Part shown: in pieces, positions 47,564 through 55,086 of the stretch
Position numbering within the stretch: position 1 is the stretch's first letter
How the letters are laid out: each line of letters opens with the position of its first letter
Origin: Candidatus Thalassarchaeaceae archaeon
Lineage (GTDB): Archaea; Thermoplasmatota; Poseidoniia; Poseidoniales; Thalassarchaeaceae
Reading direction: 5' to 3'
DNA length: 55,086 nucleotides
Assembly (NCBI GenBank): GCA_030747395.1
Contig: JASLKT010000003.1
Coordinates: forward strand, 1 to 55,086
The notes under the pieces: model-generated
Told to the model about the DNA's origin: nothing
The model's input: the letters and a program-made list of their open reading frames with translations, nothing else
Databases searched by the model: none
Program-made: the position numbers and the translations under genes

Positions 47564-48775
47564 ATGGAGTTTGATGTCTTCTTCTCGATTTCACAAACCC
47601 CTGATGCGGCAGGCACGTGCCCAGATGAGACGACCATGTATGCCAACTACCTCGAACAACTGAAGGTTGCAGATGAGAGTGGATATGGTGTCGCCTGGCT
47701 TGCTCAGGCCCATCTATCAACTGAAGTTCAGAAGTGCAACAAGAAGCCGGTGATTCCTCATTGGGATGGGGAAGTTGGATTGTGTACGGATTTTTTCCAA
47801 TTGGCCCTCCTTTCGATGACTCACACAAAGCGAATCGAGATTGGTAGTGCGGTACTGGCCATCTTGGCAAATGGTGGACCAATTGCTGTTGCCGAACGAA
47901 TTGGAAATTTCTGTGCATTACAGGAAGTTCGTGGCGATTCGCGCAAACTGAACTTGGGTTTCAGTGCTGGTCGCTTCCAATTCATGGCATCACCTTACGG
48001 AATTGTGCCTCGTAATTCGATAGAGGAAGCGTCATGGCCCGCCCTTCGAGGACAAATATTCTGGGAGGCTGCTGAAATCATGTTGCGCTTGGTCCGTGGT
48101 GATACAATCTGTTCAGATGACATTCGCGAAACCATTCTGACCCGAGGGAATTTCCGTTCAGATGAGGATTGGCAAGCCGTGCAGTTGGCAAATGGGAATG
48201 ATGATGCTGAAATTCATATTCCTCGAAGATACGAATTTGAAGAAATCAAATCCGTTCCGCAAGAATGGGATCGTTCGAGGGTCAATTTGGTCATAGGGAG
48301 CCACGAACCAGCATTGCAAGAACATGTGAACACGTTCATGCCCGTTCAGGTATTCAATCTCAGCATCACGCAACCCGAGGTCATCGAATCAACACACGAA
48401 CGCATGAAGGGGGCCTATCTTGGCCAATGGGAGCGTAGGATGATGCCTCGTACGGTCATGGTTTTCCTCAATGATGAAGAAGGCTTGAGTCCATCCGAAA
48501 AAACAGCGGCGGCTCAAACGGAATCCAAAGGAGCCCTCTCATCTTACTGGGCGGCATTGGAAGGGACACTAGATCCTGCCAAAGTCGCCAAGGCATCCAA
48601 CAATGCTGTCATCGGAAATGCAACTGAAGTCGCCGCCCAAATTCGTGAACGATTCCATCCCGATGATCGGTTAATGCTGTGGTTCGATTTCTTCAGACAC
48701 GATTCTGCTCGCATCTGCCGAGACATGCGTGCATTCATGGACAAGGTCGTCCCCCTCATCAATGGGAGTGAGTAA
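47564..48775 (+). CDS. Luciferase-like (LLM-class) flavin-dependent oxidoreductase
   Basis: MEFDVFFSISQ...QLKVADESGYGVAWLAQAHLS is a typical LLM N-terminus. Zero-nt spacer after the TPR gene, with GGAGGG inside its 3' end. Confidence 0.6.
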   Translation: MEFDVFFSISQTPDAAGTCPDETTMYANYLEQLKVADESGYGVAWLAQAHLSTEVQKCNKKPVIPHWDGEVGLCTDFFQLALLSMTHTKRIEIGSAVLAILANGGPIAVAERIGNFCALQEVRGDSRKLNLGFSAGRFQFMASPYGIVPRNSIEEASWPALRGQIFWEAAEIMLRLVRGDTICSDDIRETILTRGNFRSDEDWQAVQLANGNDDAEIHIPRRYEFEEIKSVPQEWDRSRVNLVIGSHEPALQEHVNTFMPVQVFNLSITQPEVIESTHERMKGAYLGQWERRMMPRTVMVFLNDEEGLSPSEKTAAAQTESKGALSSYWAALEGTLDPAKVAKASNNAVIGNATEVAAQIRERFHPDDRLMLWFDFFRHDSARICRDMRAFMDKVVPLINGSE

Positions 48776-48776
48776 C

Positions 48777-49928
48777 ATGAGTGAACATCGTCCCTCATCG
48801 GTGGCCCCCGGAAGACCCGGGTCTGCAGTGTATCCAACCTCACCGATTTCCGACGGTGCCAAAGGAATTGCAACCGGTCGCGATGTCGAATGGGAACCAC
48901 TCGTCGACTTCAGGCGAAATGATGTCTCTGAGAATACAATTCACGGCGCCATCGCTTGGGCACACGGCTCAGAATTGATTCATTCCTTCGGTGGAAATGT
49001 CCTTTGTTATGGGCGCAGTATGATGAAACCACTGTTGATGAAAACATTCGTTGACATTCTTGATTCTGCACTGACGGATGAACAGAAAGCAATCGCCTGT
49101 TCATCGCACAACGGAGATACTGAACACGTCGCAGCTGCGCAGTCAATTCTAACCGAATCCGAATGGGGTTTGATGCAGTGTCCTCTCGATGTTCCTCTCA
49201 TTCAATTTGGTCGACAGGTTCGTCGACCCCGACGATGGTTCCACACATGTTCGGGTGAACATGCCGCTATTCTTCGAGCACTGCGGCTTTTGGGAATCAA
49301 TCGTGCAGGTTACACATTACCACAGTCAGATTGGTTTCCCCTCTTCCTCGACGTCCTTCGCGGATTCTTGGGCGAACCTCATTGGGAACCGAAACGTGTT
49401 TCCAAGGACGGTTGTGGCTTGCCAACTGTATCCAATACGGTCAACGAACTCGCAGTGATGTTTGCCGGTTTAGCCCGTGAAAAAGACGATGATTGGATTT
49501 GGGATTCAATGTGCAAATATCCAGATCTCATCGGTGGATTCAACCGACTTGATTCAACTGCAATCAAGGCAGGCAATGGCATGGTTTTGGCCAAAGAAGG
49601 TGCAGATGGTTTGCTTGGCCTTTCTATTATTCACGAGGACTTTCCTAAAGGTCTAGGGATTGTCATCAAAATTGCACATGGGTGGAATTCTCAGGCGACT
49701 TGGTACGTCGCCCGCGCAGTGCTTGGTGTTCTCGGAATTGAATTGAGAAATCCGTATCCACTTCATCGCCAAAAGGCCTTCATCGTCCCTGGTGTCGTGC
49801 CTCCCGATCGACTTGACAAATTAGAACAGGTTGTCACATGGGATGAATGGGATCCAAATTCAGACCGATGGTACTACGATTGGAAAAAGTACTCCAACCC
49901 ATTTTCTGGAGAGGGTAGTCATGAGTGA
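48777..49928 (+). CDS. Asparaginase II family (PF06089-like) protein
   Basis: RSMMKPLL, CSSHNGDTEHV, CSGEHAAIL, KDGCGLPT and AKEGADGL match the remembered family blocks. Start at ATG 48777, 1 nt after the LLM stop. Confidence 0.7.
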   Translation: MSEHRPSSVAPGRPGSAVYPTSPISDGAKGIATGRDVEWEPLVDFRRNDVSENTIHGAIAWAHGSELIHSFGGNVLCYGRSMMKPLLMKTFVDILDSALTDEQKAIACSSHNGDTEHVAAAQSILTESEWGLMQCPLDVPLIQFGRQVRRPRRWFHTCSGEHAAILRALRLLGINRAGYTLPQSDWFPLFLDVLRGFLGEPHWEPKRVSKDGCGLPTVSNTVNELAVMFAGLAREKDDDWIWDSMCKYPDLIGGFNRLDSTAIKAGNGMVLAKEGADGLLGLSIIHEDFPKGLGIVIKIAHGWNSQATWYVARAVLGVLGIELRNPYPLHRQKAFIVPGVVPPDRLDKLEQVVTWDEWDPNSDRWYYDWKKYSNPFSGEGSHE

Positions 49929-51372
49929 TATTACCGAACTATCCAATTTCATCAATGGGGAATGGCGACCTGCAAATTGTGATCATTGGATTGAAGATTA
50001 TTCACCGGCAAACGGTGCTCATATTGCAAGCATCCCTTGCTCATCAAGCGAAGATATCGATGCGGCTGTCGAGGCCGCCTTGAATGCCGGTGAAGATTGG
50101 GGGTACCTCAGTATTGCAGAACGAGCAGGTTGGTTGGAAAAAATAGCCGATGCCCTCGAAAATCGTGCAGAAGAAGTAGCGCAACTTGAGAGTCTAGATA
50201 CTGGAAAACCGATTTCTCTTGCCCGTTCTGTTGATGCGGCACGCTCGGTGGCCAATTTTCGCTTCTTTGCTGAGCAAGGACGTGAATTTGAATCTGAAAT
50301 TTTTGAGATGAGTGATGCGACCAATCGAGTCGTCTACAAACCGGTCGGAGTAGCGGGACTGATTACACCTTGGAATTTACCTCTATACCTGTTGTCTTGG
50401 AAGGTTGCACCCGCCTTGTTGATGGGCAATACTGTCGTTGCCAAACCATCAGAAATGACGCCGATGACCGCATCACTACTAGCCGAAGTCATCGAAGATG
50501 TCGGGTTGCCAACAGGTGTTTTCAATCTGGTTCATGGCAATGGAAGAGATGCAGGGGCACCCCTCACATCTCACCCTGATGTTAATCTCATTTCATTCAC
50601 AGGAGGTACGGCAACAGGTCGTGAAGTGGCCAAGTCTGCATCATCTGGATTCAAGAAACTGAGTTTGGAACTCGGTGGGAAGAATGCGACTATTATTCGA
50701 GAGGATGTCGATATTGAGAACATGATGTCAAGTATTGTTCGGGCTTCTTTTCTAAACCAAGGCCAAGTCTGTCTTTGTGGGTCGAGAATTCTCATTCATG
50801 AATCGATTTACGATTCCTTCATCGAGGCATTCCTAGAAGCCGTATCGAACATGGTTGTCGGAGATCCAGCTGATGAGGAAACTGAACTTGGTGCCCTCAT
50901 CTCAGCGGAACATCGTGACAAAGTATTGTCTTACATCGACCTTGCAGAAGAAGAAGGTGGTAGCATACTGTGTGGTGGTGGCGCACCTGTTGGGATTCCT
51001 CAAGCATTTGAAGGTGGATATTGGGTGTCCCCCACGGTGATTGATGGTCTCGCCCCGGATAGTCGTTGTTCGACTGAGGAAATCTTCGGCCCCGTCGTCA
51101 CATTGCATCCCTTTTCTGATGATGAGGAAGCAATTGAAATTGCCAATATGACCGATTATGGATTGGCCGGCTCAATCTGGACGGCTGACGTTGAGGCTGG
51201 AAGTGAGATGGCCGAACAAATTGACTCTGGTATGATCTGGGTCAACTGTTGGTTGCACCGTGATTTGCGTGTTCCATTTGGAGGAGTGAAAAACAGTGGT
51301 GTAGGACGAGAAGGTGGACGCTGGAGTCTCGGCTTCTTTTCCGAAGCCATCAATATCTGTGTCAAACATTGA
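49921..51372 (+). CDS. NAD-dependent aldehyde dehydrogenase, (amino/hydroxy)muconic-semialdehyde dehydrogenase-like
   Basis: NFINGEWRP, ITPWNLPL, ELGGKNA, catalytic GQVCLCGSR, and EEIFGPV. The start overlaps the upstream stop by 8 nt. Confidence 0.85.
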   Translation: MSDITELSNFINGEWRPANCDHWIEDYSPANGAHIASIPCSSSEDIDAAVEAALNAGEDWGYLSIAERAGWLEKIADALENRAEEVAQLESLDTGKPISLARSVDAARSVANFRFFAEQGREFESEIFEMSDATNRVVYKPVGVAGLITPWNLPLYLLSWKVAPALLMGNTVVAKPSEMTPMTASLLAEVIEDVGLPTGVFNLVHGNGRDAGAPLTSHPDVNLISFTGGTATGREVAKSASSGFKKLSLELGGKNATIIREDVDIENMMSSIVRASFLNQGQVCLCGSRILIHESIYDSFIEAFLEAVSNMVVGDPADEETELGALISAEHRDKVLSYIDLAEEEGGSILCGGGAPVGIPQAFEGGYWVSPTVIDGLAPDSRCSTEEIFGPVVTLHPFSDDEEAIEIANMTDYGLAGSIWTADVEAGSEMAEQIDSGMIWVNCWLHRDLRVPFGGVKNSGVGREGGRWSLGFFSEAINICVKH

Positions 51373-51814
51373 GGATGACACTCATCATCCATGCGCCCAT
51401 GAACATACCAGTAAGGCCCCCAACGCCCAACCAAAGTCCTGTTCGGAATGGTTGAACATCGTATTTCCATTGGTATGTTGATACGAAAACCCAGCCACAG
51501 ATTACGGGGATCCACCAGAGCGCACATAGCAACAATCCCATACCACAAATTTGTGGAAGAAAAATCACGATTGTTCCCGAAAGAACACCATATCGCATTT
51601 CTTTGGGGTCACCCCATTCCTTTGGAATTCTGAACATCAAGATTGAGGCGAAGATTGTCAATGTCAACCAAGACAATAGCAAGGGTGCAAGATCCAATAA
51701 TAGCTTGTCTTGGATGTCAAAATTTGGCGCCAATAGAAAGCCAATGCATGCGGAAAATAAACCGGCGAGAGGTGGAATTGCAAACAGGGCGAGGGGTGGA
51801 TTCTCCCACTTCAT
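51362..51814 (-). CDS. Small 4-TM membrane protein of unknown function
   Basis: 150 aa with four hydrophobic helices. Converges on the ALDH gene with an 11-nt overlap. Confidence 0.5.
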   Translation of the reverse strand: MKWENPPLALFAIPPLAGLFSACIGFLLAPNFDIQDKLLLDLAPLLLSWLTLTIFASILMFRIPKEWGDPKEMRYGVLSGTIVIFLPQICGMGLLLCALWWIPVICGWVFVSTYQWKYDVQPFRTGLWLGVGGLTGMFMGAWMMSVILNV

Positions 51815-51871
51815 CGTCCTGAGGCTAGGTCTCTATCCTATGACAATTGCCGCGGGCATTGTTTCAAATGC

Positions 51872-51890
51872 CGCCTTCCCTTGGAAGGCG
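51872..51890. promoter_or_regulatory. Perfect 8-bp hairpin CGCCTTCC-CTT-GGAAGGCG, 2 nt before ATG 51893
   Basis: Read directly. Confidence 0.45.
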
Positions 51891-51892
51891 TG

Positions 51893-52798
51893 ATGACAAA
51901 GGGTGAAATCGTTCTTGGTTGCCTTGCGCCACACCCACCTCATTTGGTCTATGCTGAGAATCCCGATCAGAACGAGGCTAGCAGCGAAGGTGGCTGGGAG
52001 GCACTTAGGTGGGGATATGCCCGACTGGCACGGAAACTGAAAAATATCGAATATGATGCTCTCGTCATTCTAACCCCACATTGGCAGACATATATCGGCA
52101 CTCATTTCCTCGGTTGCGACTCTTTCAAATCACTCTCTGTGGATCCGATTTTTCCAAACCTATTCCGCTATCACTACGACCTCAAGGTCGATGTTGAACT
52201 ATCGGAGAGGATGTGCGAAATCGCTGACGAGGCAGGTATTATCACGAAGATGATGCGGAACCCGGATTTCCGTGTCGACTATGGCACCATCACATCATGC
52301 CATCTACTCAATCCTGATTGGGACAAGCCCATTGTTACAGTCAGCAGCAATCGAAATCGCCACTACTATTCGGTTGAGGTCATGAATGAACAAGCACAAG
52401 CGCTAGGTCGCGCTTGCCGAAAAGCGATTGAAGAAAGCGGGAAACGTGTTGTCTTAATCGCCAGCCACAGCCTATCACACCGGCATTTCACGACTGAAGC
52501 ACCACTACCCGAAGATATGAGTCGTGAACACATCTACAATCACAGCCAATACGTTTGGGACATGAAAGTCATCGACCTCATGCGAGATGGCAAGATGCAG
52601 GAGTTCATCGATTTGATGCCTGAATTCACTGAACAAACCATAGCGGAAACCGAAGGAGGTGGGCTCACTTGGATGATGGCTGCGATGGGAATGCCAAATT
52701 ATCCAGCAGAAATTTATGGCTACCAATCGGTGATCGGTACAGGCAATGTAGTCGCCTGCTGGGACCCCAACGATGAGACGCGGGAGTTGGTCCTTTGA
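51893..52798 (+). CDS. LigB-family extradiol dioxygenase, AmnB-like catalytic (beta) subunit
   Basis: GCLAPHPPHLVYAENPDQNE, ILTPHWQ, KMMRNPDFRVDYGTIT and SHSLSHRHF closely resemble my recollection of 2-aminophenol 1,6-dioxygenase beta subunits. Start taken at ATG 51893 (track: TTG 51881). Confidence 0.8.
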   Translation: MTKGEIVLGCLAPHPPHLVYAENPDQNEASSEGGWEALRWGYARLARKLKNIEYDALVILTPHWQTYIGTHFLGCDSFKSLSVDPIFPNLFRYHYDLKVDVELSERMCEIADEAGIITKMMRNPDFRVDYGTITSCHLLNPDWDKPIVTVSSNRNRHYYSVEVMNEQAQALGRACRKAIEESGKRVVLIASHSLSHRHFTTEAPLPEDMSREHIYNHSQYVWDMKVIDLMRDGKMQEFIDLMPEFTEQTIAETEGGGLTWMMAAMGMPNYPAEIYGYQSVIGTGNVVACWDPNDETRELVL

Positions 52799-54372
52799 GT
52801 GATGACCCCGTACTATTCGGACTCTATGTCCCACCTCACCCACATCCATTGCTCGCTCCAGATCAAAACAAGGGTTGGGGACAACTTCGTGCAGCATATG
52901 ATGAATGTCGAAGGAGAATTGAAGAAAGTGAGGCGGATGTAATCATCGTCTATTCAACCACCTGGCCAAGTATCGTTGGACACCAATTCCAAGTGCAACC
53001 TGAACCCGAGTGGGTCCATGTCGACGACGATTTCCATTTCTTGGGTTCGATGCCCTACAAATTCAGGATGGATGTTGAATTTGGCAACGCTTACAGGGAT
53101 GCTGCGGAAGCAAGGGGATTGCACTCACGCACAGTCGCTTACCACGGATTCCCAATCGACACTGGGTCTGTTGTTGCACTGAGTCTTCTCAATCCAGGCA
53201 ACCGAATTCCTGCTTGCATCATTTCAAGCAACATGTATGCCAATCGTGCCGAAACCATCGTCCTGGGTAAAGCCGCTCGAGATGCGTTGAAAGCACAAGG
53301 AAAGAAGGCTGTCATCGTCGCTGTGTCCAGTCTTTCCAATCGTATGTTCACAAAACACGTTGAACCAGAAAACGATCGGATTCATTCCGCAAAAGATGAG
53401 GAATGGAATCAAAAGATTCTCGAATTCTTTGAAGATGGTCGATTGGAAGATCTCAGTCAACTAAGCCGAGATATTCACGGACAAATTCGGGTTCAGAAGG
53501 TTGTTGCATACAAACCCGCATGGTGGATGGCAGCGACCATGGGTCAACACAACAACTACGACGGTGAGGTGTTGGCTTATGCAGCCCTTCACGGCAGCGG
53601 TGGTGCAGTGATTCAACTCACACCGTCCAAGGGTTCAGTCGGTGACAAAGAATTCGATGAGGATGATGTTGAAGTCTATCGTGGTGATCGCAATGTTCTC
53701 GTCACCGGCTCTGGTGATATGCAGGCCCCCGGGGGCGTGGATGGCCCTTTAGTTGAGGCCGAAAGGCCAGAGGATGACGAATGGCGAAATCCAGTCGAAG
53801 TGATGGACGATTTGTATGACGAATACGGTTCAACGGTCATCTCTCATGCTACCGGTGCATTGAGTACGGCAGCAGGGGTGGCACTTGCAGGCCCGGTGGG
53901 CGGTGTTGCTGCATCGATTGTAGCCAAGAAAACCGTTGGAAAAATGATGAGTAAAGATGGTGCCATCATTGTTGAAGATGCCCCTGATGCAGTGGGTGCA
54001 TACCCCCATGCTCGCAGAATGGGAAATCTCCTCTTCATCTCAGGTGTTGGGCCACGGAATCCCGTCGACAACACAATTCCCGGAGGACCGATTGAAGATC
54101 AAGATGGCAATCCATTGGATTATGATATTGAGGCGCAAACCGAAGCTTGTATCGAAAATATTCGAATAATTCTTGAAGGCTGTGGAGCGAAATTGAGCAA
54201 TGTCGTCGATGTGACCACGTTCCTCGTCGATATGAAGCGTGATTTTGAGGGATACAACAAGGTCTATGCCAAACATTTCGAAGAAATTCAGGCGACGCGG
54301 ACCACATTGGCGATTCAGGCGCTACCAACGCCAATCGCCGTGGAAATGAAGGTTATCGCAAAAGCACCATAG
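52795..54372 (+). CDS. Fusion protein: LigB-like non-catalytic (AmnA-like) domain, hydrophobic linker, and C-terminal RidA/YjgF-family domain
   Basis: N-terminus LFGLYVPPHPHPLL but VYSTTWPS where the neighbour has TPHWQ. C-terminus AVGAYPHARRMGNLLFISGVGP...NVVDVTTFLVDM...ATRTTLAIQALP...VEMKVIA is a RidA signature. The TTG start overlaps the upstream TGA. Confidence 0.75.
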   Translation: MSDDPVLFGLYVPPHPHPLLAPDQNKGWGQLRAAYDECRRRIEESEADVIIVYSTTWPSIVGHQFQVQPEPEWVHVDDDFHFLGSMPYKFRMDVEFGNAYRDAAEARGLHSRTVAYHGFPIDTGSVVALSLLNPGNRIPACIISSNMYANRAETIVLGKAARDALKAQGKKAVIVAVSSLSNRMFTKHVEPENDRIHSAKDEEWNQKILEFFEDGRLEDLSQLSRDIHGQIRVQKVVAYKPAWWMAATMGQHNNYDGEVLAYAALHGSGGAVIQLTPSKGSVGDKEFDEDDVEVYRGDRNVLVTGSGDMQAPGGVDGPLVEAERPEDDEWRNPVEVMDDLYDEYGSTVISHATGALSTAAGVALAGPVGGVAASIVAKKTVGKMMSKDGAIIVEDAPDAVGAYPHARRMGNLLFISGVGPRNPVDNTIPGGPIEDQDGNPLDYDIEAQTEACIENIRIILEGCGAKLSNVVDVTTFLVDMKRDFEGYNKVYAKHFEEIQATRTTLAIQALPTPIAVEMKVIAKAP

Positions 54373-54381
54373 TTTGGATAT

Positions 54382-54400
54382 TAAGATACGTAGTATCTTA
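54382..54400. promoter_or_regulatory. Perfect AT-rich palindrome TAAGATAC-GTA-GTATCTTA between the RidA-fusion gene and the permease gene
   Basis: Read directly: 8-bp arms, 9 nt after the upstream stop and 25 nt before ATG 54426. Confidence 0.5.
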
Positions 54401-54425
54401 TGCTATACTCAGAGCCGATTGATTG

Positions 54426-55086
54426 ATGCAACCGATTAAACCATCCGCATTGATCGATTTTGTATACAAGCCAATCGAGTTGTTCAGTGACACGCTTGAG
54501 CGTAAACTCGGAGTGGTTTCAGTCGTCATTATCTCGCTATCTGCGATGTTAGGTTCAGGTCTGTTTGTCCTCCCTGCATTGGCAATGCTCGATATGGGTG
54601 GCCCCGGAATTTGGCTGGCCTATGTGGTGGCTGCCCTGGTTGTGTTGCCTGGTGCAATCTCAAAATCCGAATTGGCGACTGCGATGCCAACTTCCGGGGG
54701 TTCGTATGTCTACATCGAACGGACATTTGGGGCCTTGCTGGGAACCATTGCTGGATTGGGTCTGTGGGCGACATTTCTCCTCAAAGCAGCGTTTGCATTG
54801 ATTGGATTCAAGGCCTATCTTTGGGTCTTTGAAGACCTGATTGGAATTTCAATTAATGTTGAAATCGCAGCGTTGGCCCTACTGGTCGCTATTGTCGGTG
54901 TCAACATCATGGGGGTGGAGAAGATCAAGAAAGTGCAGGCCCCCATTGTCACAGGAGCAGTTGGGTTCCTTGTCATCATCTGTATCTGGGCAGTATTGAC
55001 AATGGAAATGGATTGGAGTCGTCCAACTGGGCCAGGAGCATATGGAGGTGGTTGGGAAGCGGTTGCAGGCACGGCAGCGTTTGTTT
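54426..55086 (+). CDS. APC-superfamily amino acid permease, N-terminal part (runs off the right window edge)
   Basis: Not in the ORF track (no stop in window). From ATG 54426: MQPIKPSALIDF...LGVVSVVIISLSAMLGSGLFVLPALA...SELATAMPTSGGSYVYIERTFG, the classic APC N-terminal motifs. Confidence 0.85.
   Translation, partial: MQPIKPSALIDFVYKPIELFSDTLERKLGVVSVVIISLSAMLGSGLFVLPALAMLDMGGPGIWLAYVVAALVVLPGAISKSELATAMPTSGGSYVYIERTFGALLGTIAGLGLWATFLLKAAFALIGFKAYLWVFEDLIGISINVEIAALALLVAIVGVNIMGVEKIKKVQAPIVTGAVGFLVIICIWAVLTMEMDWSRPTGPGAYGGGWEAVAGTAAFV

Overview
The window is very tightly packed. I call about 47 protein genes and 2 tRNAs. I saw no rRNA, CRISPR array, transposase or integrase. All calls come from reading the supplied translations and the DNA by eye; no database search or folding program was run.

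Gene content points to a planktonic euryarchaeon, possibly Marine Group II/Poseidoniales-like (inference only). Supporting genes are a membrane-inserted LonB protease, Nob1, TrmI, UPF0147, archaeal-type AspRS, a SAMP/MoaD-like protein ending in GG, an A24 prepilin-type peptidase, and gyrB-gyrA.

Housekeeping genes (gyrB, gyrA, lon, metK, aspS, aroD, a tmk fusion, tatA, tRNA-Glu, tRNA-Ser) are interleaved with five giant secreted or membrane-anchored surface proteins (1117-1538 aa, plus one truncated at the left edge).

The four items most worth a second look:
1. 27.9-32.7 kb: a pilin-like protein with a lamin-tail domain, then one intact and two degenerate KaiC/RecA-fold paralogs, an unannotated Cys-rich 53-aa ORF, and a convergent prepilin peptidase. 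No PilB/ArlI ATPase or PilC/ArlJ platform is present.
2. 45.2-54.4 kb: a tightly coupled six-gene operon next to an amn-like (2-aminophenol-type) extradiol ring-cleavage module. The module includes an apparent fusion of the non-catalytic LigB-like subunit to a RidA/YjgF deaminase-family domain.
3. The extreme acidic C-terminus of GyrA carries a canonical EF-hand loop.
4. Perfect short palindromes occupy many of the tiny intergenic spacers. Four share a C-GTA-G centre in the sense orientation of the downstream gene, and several abut or contain start codons.
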